From NCBI RefSeq assembly GCF_000012545.1, contig NC_007681.1:900001-932000 (forward strand): a stretch of DNA of 32,000 nt, written 5' to 3'. The DNA is from Methanosphaera stadtmanae DSM 3091 (GTDB lineage Archaea; Methanobacteriota; Methanobacteria; Methanobacteriales; Methanobacteriaceae). Below the pieces are notes generated by a model. It worked only from the letters and a program-made list of their open reading frames with translations. It was not told where the DNA came from and ran no database searches. This document shows positions 15,809 through 24,608 of this stretch, piece after piece. The number at the start of each line of letters is the position of its first letter. The stretch's first letter is position 1. Made by a program: the position numbers and the translations under genes.

Positions 15809-17206
15809 ATGCTACATAATTGTGAAGAAAAGATTATTGAATTAACAAGTGGTCATGAATTTGAAAAATATATAAAAGCATTGGGATTAACAAAAGAAGA
15901 TGGAATAATCATACAAAACAACCTATTAAATGCATATTATATCAATCAAATAGATGTAAATAACATAGAGTCACAATTAAAAGCCAATATAAATAAATTA
16001 TTAAATGATAGAGATATTGAAGTTAAACAAAAGGATTTAGATGATGATGAAAAATATCTAATATACAGATATAATCAAGAATACATGAGAGTATACTGCT
16101 CAAATTGTAGAACTCAAATTCTTTTTGATGACACATACTGTCATAACTGTGGTAAAAAAACAAATTACACACAAAACACCATTGGATACAACATAATAGA
16201 TAATACAAATCCACCAGAGCATAGTAGTATTAAATACTCAAAAACAACACGTCTTCACACAACATATAAACTACTTAGATATGTGCAAGATAATCCAGTA
16301 ATAAGTAATATTCCAAGAGAAATACTAGCACCATATTCTATAGATATTAATGTAGTTATAGATTATGCATTAAATAACAATCTTATAAAAACATCAGTAA
16401 ATTCTGCTAATTATTATTTAAGATTAACACATCTATCTAAAGAAGAACTTATGAAAATAGCATTAAATAATAAATTAAAAACAGAAGGCACAAAGTCAGA
16501 ATTAGCCACACGATTAATAAAAAACATAGAATATTCTAAACTTAACCTACTTATTAACAACAAAGCATACACACTTACAGATATGGGTGTAAAATTTTTA
16601 GAAGATAATACATATATCATATTCTATGATGTATTTCTATGTAATTATTCATTTGATGAATATATACAATTATATAATGAAAATAAAGATAAGCTAGATA
16701 AAATAGAAATAGGATTTTTATTCCTAAAAAATCTACGTAAAAAATATGTTAAAGAATTTAAATGGAAATCATATAGAAACACCTTTAAAGAAGAATTTAA
16801 AATAGCAGAATTTAGTAAAAATAAAACTCTGAAAATAACTAGCTTAATAAACTTATTTATATGTGATATTAATTCATGGAATAACAATGTATTTCTTGTA
16901 GGGGGTACTGTTCTTGATGATTTTCTAAGTGAAATCTTTCTTAATTTAAAAAAGGAATATGATCTTAATAAAGAAGTAGAAAAATATTTTATTGATGTCT
17001 ATGATTCTATAGAACTACCCTACTGTATAATACCAAAACAAGATACATATAATTATTTAATAGAATTATTGAATAACAAATCAATAGAATCAATAAGATA
17101 TGATATTAAATCTAAATTACATTTTAAATTAGATGAAAACTACTTCTTTGATAATTTAGAAGAACAAAAAAGAGTATGTAGTCTATTAAAAGATTCATTC
17201 TATTAG
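15809..17206 (+). CDS. Hypothetical protein with a zinc ribbon and a SAP motif
   Basis: RBS GAGAGG is present. The C-x2-C-x10-C-x2-C ribbon CSNCRTQILFDDTYCHNCGKK lies at about 16097-16153. The SAP-like helix-extended-helix LSKEELMKIALNNKLKTEGTKSELATRLIKNI lies at about 16424-16528. The ~230-aa C-terminal domain is unrecognised. Confidence 0.6.
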   Translation: MLHNCEEKIIELTSGHEFEKYIKALGLTKEDGIIIQNNLLNAYYINQIDVNNIESQLKANINKLLNDRDIEVKQKDLDDDEKYLIYRYNQEYMRVYCSNCRTQILFDDTYCHNCGKKTNYTQNTIGYNIIDNTNPPEHSSIKYSKTTRLHTTYKLLRYVQDNPVISNIPREILAPYSIDINVVIDYALNNNLIKTSVNSANYYLRLTHLSKEELMKIALNNKLKTEGTKSELATRLIKNIEYSKLNLLINNKAYTLTDMGVKFLEDNTYIIFYDVFLCNYSFDEYIQLYNENKDKLDKIEIGFLFLKNLRKKYVKEFKWKSYRNTFKEEFKIAEFSKNKTLKITSLINLFICDINSWNNNVFLVGGTVLDDFLSEIFLNLKKEYDLNKEVEKYFIDVYDSIELPYCIIPKQDTYNYLIELLNNKSIESIRYDIKSKLHFKLDENYFFDNLEEQKRVCSLLKDSFY

Positions 17207-17231
17207 AATATATTTTTCTAATTTCTATTAA

Positions 17232-18149
17232 TCATTTTAAAGTCTTCAATAACCTATTAATATCCATAATATCCTTTGAATTTTCACTTAATGCTGAGTA
17301 TGAAAATTCTATCATTGCTTTTATCAAGTCAATCTTCTCAGAATTACTAATTTTTTTAACATCACACATACTCATAGAAACATGTTCAATATTATCATTA
17401 AATGCTTGTTCTTGTATTTCTTCCCTGAATTGTTCTGGAATAAACCTATCTAAAATCTTTATAACATCATCAGCTACGGTATTTCCAAGCATACACATTT
17501 TTTTAGCAACAACTGTATCCATATTCCTCTCTTGTATAATATTAACAACAAATAAATAGTTATTCATTAGATTTCTAGTAAAATAATTCTCACTAACACA
17601 TGCTAAATACTCCTTACTTAATATGTAACAGGAATTTTTAGCACTAAGAAGTGTTACAAATGCCTCAATATATGTATTTTTCTTAGAATTAAAAATATAC
17701 ATAAGTATCTGTTCAAATATTTCACTATATAAATGTGATGCTAATTCATGTAGTAATTTACATATTTTTTCAGTTTCTGATATTTTATCATTATAAAATA
17801 TATTATCCCCTGAAAAATACACGTATGTATTTTTTTGATTATCATAATAAAATCTTGAAAACTGTTGTACTAGCTTATATACACGAAAAAGACAGGTTTC
17901 ATTAGAATGAAAATTTAAATTCATTAATATAATTCTTTCTATATTTTCTATTATTTTATTGTATGTGTCTTCTGTAATATTTGTTTTTAAAATTCTATAT
18001 TTGTTATGTATAAGCACATCATTAAAAGTGTCATACACTGGTTCTGGAGTAATTCTATTTGTTTTTAATAGTTTACCACAATTATCACAGTACTTCAATA
18101 ATGGATAATTTTCCATTCCACATAAAGAACAATATATTTTACCATTCAT
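17232..18149 (-). CDS. Hypothetical protein with an N-terminal zinc ribbon and an HExxxH motif
   Basis: The ribbon MNGKIYCSLCGMENYPLLKYCDNCGKLL is C-x2-C-x10-C-x2-C. HELASH lies at 17733-17750. The gene converges on 15809..17206 with 25 nt between the stops. Confidence 0.55.
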   Translation of the reverse strand: MNGKIYCSLCGMENYPLLKYCDNCGKLLKTNRITPEPVYDTFNDVLIHNKYRILKTNITEDTYNKIIENIERIILMNLNFHSNETCLFRVYKLVQQFSRFYYDNQKNTYVYFSGDNIFYNDKISETEKICKLLHELASHLYSEIFEQILMYIFNSKKNTYIEAFVTLLSAKNSCYILSKEYLACVSENYFTRNLMNNYLFVVNIIQERNMDTVVAKKMCMLGNTVADDVIKILDRFIPEQFREEIQEQAFNDNIEHVSMSMCDVKKISNSEKIDLIKAMIEFSYSALSENSKDIMDINRLLKTLK

Positions 18150-18173
18150 ATTATTAATTTATTTTCTTTTTAG

Positions 18174-18181
18174 AATATAAA
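18174..18181 (-). promoter_or_regulatory. TATA-like box (TTTATATT) about 25 nt upstream of ATG 18149; implies a leaderless or very short-leader mRNA
   Basis: The minus strand reads aaagaTTTATATTctaaaaag...ATG. No Shine-Dalgarno is visible before this ATG. TATA-like strings are common in DNA this AT-rich. Confidence 0.3.
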
Positions 18182-18218
18182 TCTTTAAATAGAATTATTA
18201 CATAAAATTAAATTCTAT

Positions 18219-18259
18219 AAAAAAAAGGAGAGGAAGTTAAATGTAGATGTGTTCTACAT
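18219..18259 (-). terminator. Hairpin overlapping the fprA stop codon, followed by T8 on the minus strand
   Basis: atgtaga (18241-18247) pairs with tctacat (18253-18259), loop tgtgt. The A8 run at 18219-18226 reads as T8 on the minus strand, 14 nt after the stem. Confidence 0.4.
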
Positions 18260-19501
18260 TTCTTTCATTTCTTTAGCTATTTTTACTCCCAAGTCATAAC
18301 ATTTTTCTAAGTCATCATCGTTTGGAACGTAGTTAATTTCTAAATTATCAACCATTTCAAATCCAGCATCAGCCATTTTACCATTTAGCCATTTAGGACC
18401 GTTTCCACCCCAACCATATGAACCAAAGGTAGCTCCTAATCTTTTAATTCCTGTTCTTGAAAATTCTAATTCTTCAGTGTAGAGTAATACATCTGCAATA
18501 CTTGGGAATACTTTGTTAAATAAGGTTGGAACTCCAAGAAGAACTGCTTTACTTTCAAGAATATCTTTTACACATTCACTTCTTTCATCTTCCTTAAGGA
18601 AGTGCATTTTTACATCTACTCCTTGAGATATTAAACCTTCTGCAATAGCATGAGCCATATATTGAGTGGAGAAATGCATTGTATCATAGATTAATGTTGC
18701 TTGTTCTTTTTGGCATACACCTGTAGCCCAGTTCTGGTAAGCTTCAATTATTTTCATAGGATTTGTCCATATTTGACCGTGTGATGGTGCAATTGTTTTT
18801 ATTTTTTCTAGTAAACCTAACTCTACAACTTCATTAAGTTTTTTAAGTAATAATGGTGTTAAAGGTGTAAGAAGGTTTGCATAGAATTTTTGTGCTGCTT
18901 CCATAACTTCTTCTTCAGGTACTTCAGAATCTAATCTTTCTACTTTACATAAGTGTTGTCCAAATGCATCGTTTGAGAATAATATTCCATCATCTGTTAA
19001 GAAAGTAAACATACTATCTGGCCAGTGTAACATTTTAGCATCAAGGAAAGCAAATGTTTTTTTACCAACAGTTAATGTATCTCCAGTTTCTACTGTAACA
19101 AATTCTGCATCTGCAAGATCAGGGTAATGTTTTATAAGTCCTGGTTTTGCAATAGGAGTACAGTATATAGGTGCATCTGGGAATTTTGCATGAATTTCAG
19201 ATAATGCTCCACTATGATCTTTTTCTACATGGTTTTGAATAATATAATCAATTTTCATTTCTTTTCCTTGATCTTCAAATGCATCTTTTATTCTTCCCCA
19301 CATTTGAGCAGAGTATACTTCTCCAGGATATACATTGTCTATTAATACACATTTATCTTCTGAAAATACTAAAAATGCATTGTATGATGTACCATGTAAT
19401 GTGTATCCATGATATTCTCTTCTATCCCAATCAAGTGTTCCTACAAAATATATTCCTTCTGCAATTTTTGGTGCTTTTGCTTTCATTATCATATGAATCA
19501 T
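18254..19501 (-). CDS. fprA: F420H2 oxidase, type A flavoprotein (flavodiiron protein) FprA
   Basis: Metallo-beta-lactamase-like diiron domain: [41 protein letters not shown]-terminal flavodoxin domain: [31 protein letters not shown]. The true start is probably ATG 19492 or 19486 ([11 protein letters not shown]...), given AGGA at 19503-19506. Confidence 0.9.
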   Translation of the reverse strand: MIHMIMKAKAPKIAEGIYFVGTLDWDRREYHGYTLHGTSYNAFLVFSEDKCVLIDNVYPGEVYSAQMWGRIKDAFEDQGKEMKIDYIIQNHVEKDHSGALSEIHAKFPDAPIYCTPIAKPGLIKHYPDLADAEFVTVETGDTLTVGKKTFAFLDAKMLHWPDSMFTFLTDDGILFSNDAFGQHLCKVERLDSEVPEEEVMEAAQKFYANLLTPLTPLLLKKLNEVVELGLLEKIKTIAPSHGQIWTNPMKIIEAYQNWATGVCQKEQATLIYDTMHFSTQYMAHAIAEGLISQGVDVKMHFLKEDERSECVKDILESKAVLLGVPTLFNKVFPSIADVLLYTEELEFSRTGIKRLGATFGSYGWGGNGPKWLNGKMADAGFEMVDNLEINYVPNDDDLEKCYDLGVKIAKEMKEM

Positions 19502-19529
19502 TCCTTTAATATTTTTTTTATTATTTTTA

Positions 19530-19537
19530 TATTTAAA
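19530..19537 (-). promoter_or_regulatory. TATA-like box (TTTAAATA) upstream of fprA
   Basis: The minus strand reads aaaataTTTAAATAtaaaaataataaaaaaaatattaaaggaATG. It follows minus-strand oligo-T runs (ttttctttatttt, then T8 from the plus-strand A8 at 19607-19614) downstream of the superoxide reductase gene. This suggests fprA has its own promoter. Confidence 0.3.
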
Positions 19538-19641
19538 TATTTTAATTTATTCTGTTCACTTTTTTTAGTAATCTCATATTAGTACTTTTCATAATAATTA
19601 GATTCTAAAAAAAAGTTAAAATAAAGAAAAGGGAGAGGATT

Positions 19642-20016
19642 TTAGGATTGCCAGAGACCATGTATTGTACAGAATTCTCTTGCTACTACATCATCTGCTT
19701 CTGGTATTTTAAAAGTTGCTTCTGGTTTATCTCCAGGTTTAAGATATTGTTTGTGTATTTGACCATCTGCAATAAGTTCAATAACTGCAATATAATGATC
19801 TTCATCCATTGGATGTTCAACTTCCCCAACTTTTACATTATATCCATCATCTACTCTTGTAATAATTGGTTTGTGTTTTGGTTCTCCTTCACCAGATGTT
19901 TTTGCTTCAATAACATTTAACTGACTAACATCAGCATCTTTTCCAGGACAGAGAACTTCTATTATATTTCCACTATTTTTACATTGAACAACACTATAAT
20001 AATCAAATTTAGCCAT
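19642..20016 (-). CDS. dfx: Superoxide reductase (desulfoferrodoxin family) with a degenerate N-terminal domain
   Basis: Centre II ligands are all present: PKHKP, EHPMDEDHYI, CTIHGLW. The protein is collinear with 2Fe desulfoferrodoxins, but the N-terminal domain has only two Cys. I chose ATG 20016 (MAKFDYY) because GGGATGA precedes it; the ORF track starts at 20025. Confidence 0.85.
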   Translation of the reverse strand: MAKFDYYSVVQCKNSGNIIEVLCPGKDADVSQLNVIEAKTSGEGEPKHKPIITRVDDGYNVKVGEVEHPMDEDHYIAVIELIADGQIHKQYLKPGDKPEATFKIPEADDVVAREFCTIHGLWQS

Positions 20017-20059
20017 ATTTTTCATCCCTAAAAAATTATTTAAGTTAAATATTGTAGTT

Positions 20060-20629
20060 CTAGAAATCTTCTGCTAGTTCAAAGTAACTATATGGGTGTT
20101 CACAGATTGGACATTTTTCAGGTGGTTTTTCACCTTTATATACAAATCCACATTTTCTACATACCCATGTAACTTCTTCAGGTCTGTCAAAGAATGTTTT
20201 ACCTTCAACCATCTCTAATAATTTTTTATATCTTGCTTCGTGATGAGCTTCTACAAGTCCAATATTTCTTAATCTTACTGCTATTTCATTATATCCTTCT
20301 TCTTCTGCTACATCAGCAAATTCAGGGTACATTACATTAGCTTCATAGTTTTCTCCACCAGCAGCTGATGCTAAATTTTCAGCAGTGTTTCCATAGTCAA
20401 AACATACACCAGTTTCTGTGTTGATTTCGTTTTTATCTCCTTTTAATTCTTGGATCATTTTAAATAAAACTTTAGCATGTTGATATTCATTTCCTGCAGT
20501 TATAAGGAAAATTTCAGCAATTTTTTCATATCCTTCTTTTTTTGCAATTTTAGAATACATTGTGTATCTGTTTCTTGCTTGACTTTCTCCTACAAATGCT
20601 TTTGATAAGTTTTCTAATGTTTTACTCAT
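20060..20629 (-). CDS. rbr: Rubrerythrin
   Basis: RBS AGGTGA is present. Diiron four-helix bundle: ENLSKAFVGESQARNRY, NEYQHAKV, GENYEANVMYPEF, EAHHEARY. C-terminal rubredoxin-like WVCRKCGFVYKGEKPPEKCPICEHP. Confidence 0.92.
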   Translation of the reverse strand: MSKTLENLSKAFVGESQARNRYTMYSKIAKKEGYEKIAEIFLITAGNEYQHAKVLFKMIQELKGDKNEINTETGVCFDYGNTAENLASAAGGENYEANVMYPEFADVAEEEGYNEIAVRLRNIGLVEAHHEARYKKLLEMVEGKTFFDRPEEVTWVCRKCGFVYKGEKPPEKCPICEHPYSYFELAEDF

Positions 20630-20709
20630 TTTAAATCACCTTTTAAATATATTTATGTAAATTTTTTTGTATTTTTCCATCTTGTTATATTAATTATAAT
20701 CATTAAAAC

Positions 20710-20717
20710 TATATAAA
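20710..20717 (-). promoter_or_regulatory. Consensus-like archaeal TATA box (TTTATATA, preceded by an A-rich BRE-like stretch) about 80 nt upstream of rbr
   Basis: The minus strand reads gataaaaataTTTATATAgttttaatg... It would give a ~55-nt leader ending in AGGTGA-N8-ATG. Confidence 0.35.
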
Positions 20718-20870
20718 TATTTTTATCAATAAATAAATAGATTATTACATTATTTAATAAAAGAACATATATTCTTTAAAATATATTAATTTTGAAAAAT
20801 ATTTTTCTATTTAATAAAATTTCTTAAAAAAAAGTTATTTTTATAAAAAAATATAAAATAAATGGATTTC

Positions 20871-22682
20871 TTAGAAAATCCATAAGATTGTCATTATTGC
20901 TGCTACTATAAATATTAGTGGTGCCAATAATTTTGTAACAGAAACTATTGATGTTATAGTAGTTACTAATTCTGTTGAGTTATCAGGACCTAATGTTTTT
21001 AGATTTACACGAGATGTTCCAGATGCTACTTCAACATATTCTAAATCATTAAATGCTTTTGGTATTAATTCTAGTACTCTTTTAATTAATAATTCCTGAT
21101 GTTTTGCTCCAACTGTTAATCCACCACCAGATATTGTATTTACAAGATGAGTATCTGTAGTCATAACTTCTATCATATCAATTTCAGGATATGCCTCATT
21201 TACAGCTTCTATTATCTTAGCTCTAAATCCTTGTTTCATGTTATTTCCATCAAAGACTACATATAACATTTTCTGATTATCAACTTCTGTAATCATTATT
21301 TTCACTCCACTTTGACCAATACCATCTTTTATAGGAATTTCATCCAGTGGATTATATGCATATCCCATTTTTATTGGATACATATCTTGTTTTTCTATTT
21401 TTTCAATGGCCTCTTCTAGTTGAACTACTCTGTTATGTCCTGCTAGTAAACGTTCATAATTTCCCTCAAGACTATTATGACAATCAACAAATACCACATC
21501 TTTTACTCCAGTTACAGCTTTTGCTTCATATATTAATGATAATCCTACACCATAATCAATATCATCACCTGATTGAGGTGCAAATGTTGTAAGTAAAATC
21601 ATTCCTTCATCAAAAAATTGGACACCAACTTTAGCATCTTGTGATTTTACTCTTTGAAATTTACTTGCTTTTTTTGTATATTTAAGATTAGGTAGTATTC
21701 CATTAATTGCATCAGTTATTTTATTTACTTCTTTTGCTGCTACTGGGTTAAAATCATGTGTTGCTGCCCCATGGGCAATTATTGCAAAGTCATCTAGTTG
21801 ATTAGCAATAATTGTTGGAAGATTACTTCCCCCAATAGAACCTACTGGTCCTGGATGAACACATGGTGAAATATAATTAGCTTTAACACCCTTTTCTGTT
21901 CTGAAACTAATTAAACTAACTGTTGTATCAATTGCTTCTCCCATTTCATTAAATATTTCTTCCATTGCATTTGATCCTTCACTAATTTGTGCAATGAATA
22001 AACTTAGAAGTTCTAATCCTCCAACACCTAAATTATTTCTAATAGGTGATTCTATTATCGCTACAAAAGCATAAATTGCTATTGCCAGAACTATTGCTCC
22101 AATTATAACCTTAAGATACAATGATAATACTGCATCCATACTAGTTGAAGCTATTACAAGATTAGTAATTAGAACTAACATACTTAATGTTAATACAGGT
22201 TGAATTGCTGCTATGAATATTCCTTGATAATATTTTATATTAGATGTAGCCCATAATATAAGAGCTTCTATTGCAAAACCAAATAATATTCCTAGTATTA
22301 AACAGTTCCCAGTAATATCTACCTTTATTCCTAATGAAATAATTGATCCTAAAAGGTAGGTTAAACATGGAAATAACATACATACAAATGATAGAAACAT
22401 TGCTTGTTTTAATTTCATATGTCTTTTATGTAATTTATTAACACAACTATGTATAAGTCCTCCAGAAGCTATGGCTGTAAGTCCTAATAAAAAGAAAGTA
22501 GTTGCTCCTCCACCGAGAAATGCTGATATAACAGTATCTATTGATAATAATTCAGGTTGTAAACAGCCCTCAAGAGCACCTGTAATAAAACTTACAACAA
22601 AAATGAGGAATACAGAAATCTTTGTTTTAGGTAATGTTATCATGAAACGTGATAATTTCATTACTCTACTTGTAACTGTCAT
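20871..22682 (-). CDS. Archaeal membrane protein, DUF2070-like (N-terminal polytopic region, large soluble C-terminal domain, C-terminal TM)
   Basis: RBS AGGAG is present. The first 230 aa carry about 6 TM helices. The soluble part has HPGPVGSIGGSNLP, HGAATHDFNP and TTDTHLVN. The terminal TM is LLAPLIFIVAAIMTILWIF. The family call is from memory of length and architecture. Confidence 0.6.
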   Translation of the reverse strand: MTVTSRVMKLSRFMITLPKTKISVFLIFVVSFITGALEGCLQPELLSIDTVISAFLGGGATTFFLLGLTAIASGGLIHSCVNKLHKRHMKLKQAMFLSFVCMLFPCLTYLLGSIISLGIKVDITGNCLILGILFGFAIEALILWATSNIKYYQGIFIAAIQPVLTLSMLVLITNLVIASTSMDAVLSLYLKVIIGAIVLAIAIYAFVAIIESPIRNNLGVGGLELLSLFIAQISEGSNAMEEIFNEMGEAIDTTVSLISFRTEKGVKANYISPCVHPGPVGSIGGSNLPTIIANQLDDFAIIAHGAATHDFNPVAAKEVNKITDAINGILPNLKYTKKASKFQRVKSQDAKVGVQFFDEGMILLTTFAPQSGDDIDYGVGLSLIYEAKAVTGVKDVVFVDCHNSLEGNYERLLAGHNRVVQLEEAIEKIEKQDMYPIKMGYAYNPLDEIPIKDGIGQSGVKIMITEVDNQKMLYVVFDGNNMKQGFRAKIIEAVNEAYPEIDMIEVMTTDTHLVNTISGGGLTVGAKHQELLIKRVLELIPKAFNDLEYVEVASGTSRVNLKTLGPDNSTELVTTITSIVSVTKLLAPLIFIVAAIMTILWIF

Positions 22683-22859
22683 GTTTGTCTCCTATTTTAT
22701 TTTTTTTTCTTTAATTATTATATTTTCTTTAATTAATATTTAATGATATTCTAAAATACAATTTTCAATTATAATATAACAAAAGCTATTATAAGTTAAA
22801 TATATAATTATATATGAATTAAATAATTTAATTTTTCTTAAAATAAAAAAAGGGATATT

Positions 22860-23396
22860 ATGGAATATGAATTAAATACACCATTGAATGATGAAGATAT
22901 TAATAAATTAGAAGCAGGAGATACTGTTTATCTAACAGGAAAAATTTTCACAGCAAGAGATAGTGCACATAAAAGAATAATTGATTCAGGTGCACCAATT
23001 GATTTAGAAGGAGTAGTTTTATTCCATGCAGGACCAATAATTCGAAAAAAAGATGATGATAATTATGAAATAGTTGCTATTGGTCCAACAACAAGTATGC
23101 GTATGAATCCATATGAACCTGAAGTTCTATCTATGGGTGTTAAAGCTATTGTTGGTAAAGGTGGTATGGATGATAATACACAAAAAGCTTTAGTTGAAAA
23201 TAACTGTGTATTCTTAACTGCTGTAGGTGGTTGTGCTGCATTATATGTAAATAGTATAAAAAAGGTGGATTCTGTTAATTGGCTAGATTTAGGTATGCCT
23301 GAGGCTATTTGGGAATTAGATGTTGAATGTTTTGGACCATTGATTGTTACAATGGATTCTAAAGATAATAATTTATATAAAAGAAATAAAGAGTGA
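22860..23396 (+). CDS. Fe-S type hydro-lyase beta subunit (class I fumarate hydratase / tartrate dehydratase beta)
   Basis: [95 protein letters not shown]-like end. No alpha subunit gene is present in this window. Confidence 0.85.
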   Translation: MEYELNTPLNDEDINKLEAGDTVYLTGKIFTARDSAHKRIIDSGAPIDLEGVVLFHAGPIIRKKDDDNYEIVAIGPTTSMRMNPYEPEVLSMGVKAIVGKGGMDDNTQKALVENNCVFLTAVGGCAALYVNSIKKVDSVNWLDLGMPEAIWELDVECFGPLIVTMDSKDNNLYKRNKE

Positions 23397-24046
23397 TTAT
23401 ATTGAAAAATAAACTATTGTTACTGTTATTTTTTATAGCTTCAATTGTTCTTATTTCAGGATTTTTTACTTTAACTCCAACATATATTGAAAATAATGGT
23501 AATGTACGCCATTTTGAAGATAATGATATGTCTTTTGACATGGCAAGTAGTTGGACTGTCTATGATTATGATAATCCATTAAAAACACCATTTTTACCCA
23601 ATAGTCCTTCAACATTACTATTAAATCCTGGTAATAATTCACAGTATAGTTATTATAATGGAAGTATCAGTGATTTAACAAGTGATGGTTCAGTATTAAA
23701 TACTAGTGCAACAAATGCAACAGATGTGGTAATTGTAAAGACTGATATTACAAAGTTAGATTCATTACCTGAAGGAGTAACTATTGATACAGCATATAAA
23801 TCTGATAGTTTATATCGTCTTATGAATGGAACTGGTGATTTTAAAATAGATAAACAAACTACCTTTGATTTAAATGGAAAAACTGCTTATCAATTTGAAT
23901 ATACTGTTTCATATATAACTTATCAAGATACATGGATAGAACATAATGGTCATTATTATAGAATATTAAGTCAAGCCCCTTCAAGTGTATTTAATAAAGC
24001 TTCAAATGAATTTAATATAACATTAAATAGTTTTAAGTTAAAATAA
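23393..24046 (+). CDS. Membrane-anchored or secreted hypothetical protein, possibly DcrB/PsbP-like fold
   Basis: GTG 23393 overlaps the TGA of the upstream gene; an alternative TTG lies at 23402. The N-terminal anchor is [21 protein letters not shown]. The end ...[11 protein letters not shown]...YYRILSQAP...[10 protein letters not shown] resembles the DcrB/DUF1795-type arrangement. Confidence 0.55.
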   Translation: MIILKNKLLLLLFFIASIVLISGFFTLTPTYIENNGNVRHFEDNDMSFDMASSWTVYDYDNPLKTPFLPNSPSTLLLNPGNNSQYSYYNGSISDLTSDGSVLNTSATNATDVVIVKTDITKLDSLPEGVTIDTAYKSDSLYRLMNGTGDFKIDKQTTFDLNGKTAYQFEYTVSYITYQDTWIEHNGHYYRILSQAPSSVFNKASNEFNITLNSFKLK

Positions 24047-24330
24047 AAAAACTTTCTTTTAATATTTTTTTTAAAAAAATCAATTTTATCTAAAAAATAG
24101 ATTATTACATGTACATGTATTTTAATATATTTCTAAAATTAAAATACATCTTTATTTTTATAAAAAAACATTTAAATAATTTCATAGTTTATGATAAAAA
24201 ATTACTTTTATTTTTCTTTTATTCTAAAGTATTTGTATAGGCTGATTCTTTTTCTAGTATATTTTAAAAATTTATTAATAATACTATATACAATATTTAA
24301 TTAAATAAAAAAAAATATAGAGAGAAAATA

Positions 24331-24594
24331 ATGACAGATAGAATAGAAAAAATATTTACTAAGTTTGCTAATGAAGAAGAAGAAGCATTGAATAAAATGG
24401 GTATGACAAAGACAGAATTTATAGAAAATGCAAAAAAATGGTCTGAAACTGAAGATGGAAAACTTGAAATTCAAAAATTCATATTAACACAAGAAATAAG
24501 TAGTCTTAAGAAACAAATAAGTGAAATTGAAGAAAATATAGTAAAAAAAGAAAATTCAATAAAAGAAATTGAAATTGAACTAAGTAACCTATAA
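24331..24594 (+). CDS. Small hypothetical protein with a C-terminal coiled coil
   Basis: AGAGAGA lies upstream. An 87-aa frame with heptad-like EISSLKKQISEIEENIVKKENSIKEIEIELSNL. Confidence 0.5.
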   Translation: MTDRIEKIFTKFANEEEEALNKMGMTKTEFIENAKKWSETEDGKLEIQKFILTQEISSLKKQISEIEENIVKKENSIKEIEIELSNL

Positions 24595-24608
24595 ATGGGG
24601 GATTTATA

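Noticed and set aside
20735-20750. Identical 16-mer aaatagattattacat in two intergenic regions (20735-20750, just upstream of the rbr TATA box, and 24095-24110)
   Set aside because: By a rough estimate for this base composition, a few chance 16-mer matches are expected within 32 kb on both strands. The two copies are in opposite orientation relative to the nearest downstream genes. The second is over 200 bp from any start. This is not enough to call a shared operator.
24106-24119. Perfect 14-bp palindrome tacatgtacatgta in the spacer after 23393..24046
   Set aside because: It is a dimer of the self-complementary hexamer-like unit tacatg/catgta. It is isolated, with no second copy seen in the window and no adjacent promoter evidence. 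It could be a restriction-type or operator site, but nothing in the sequence supports a specific call.
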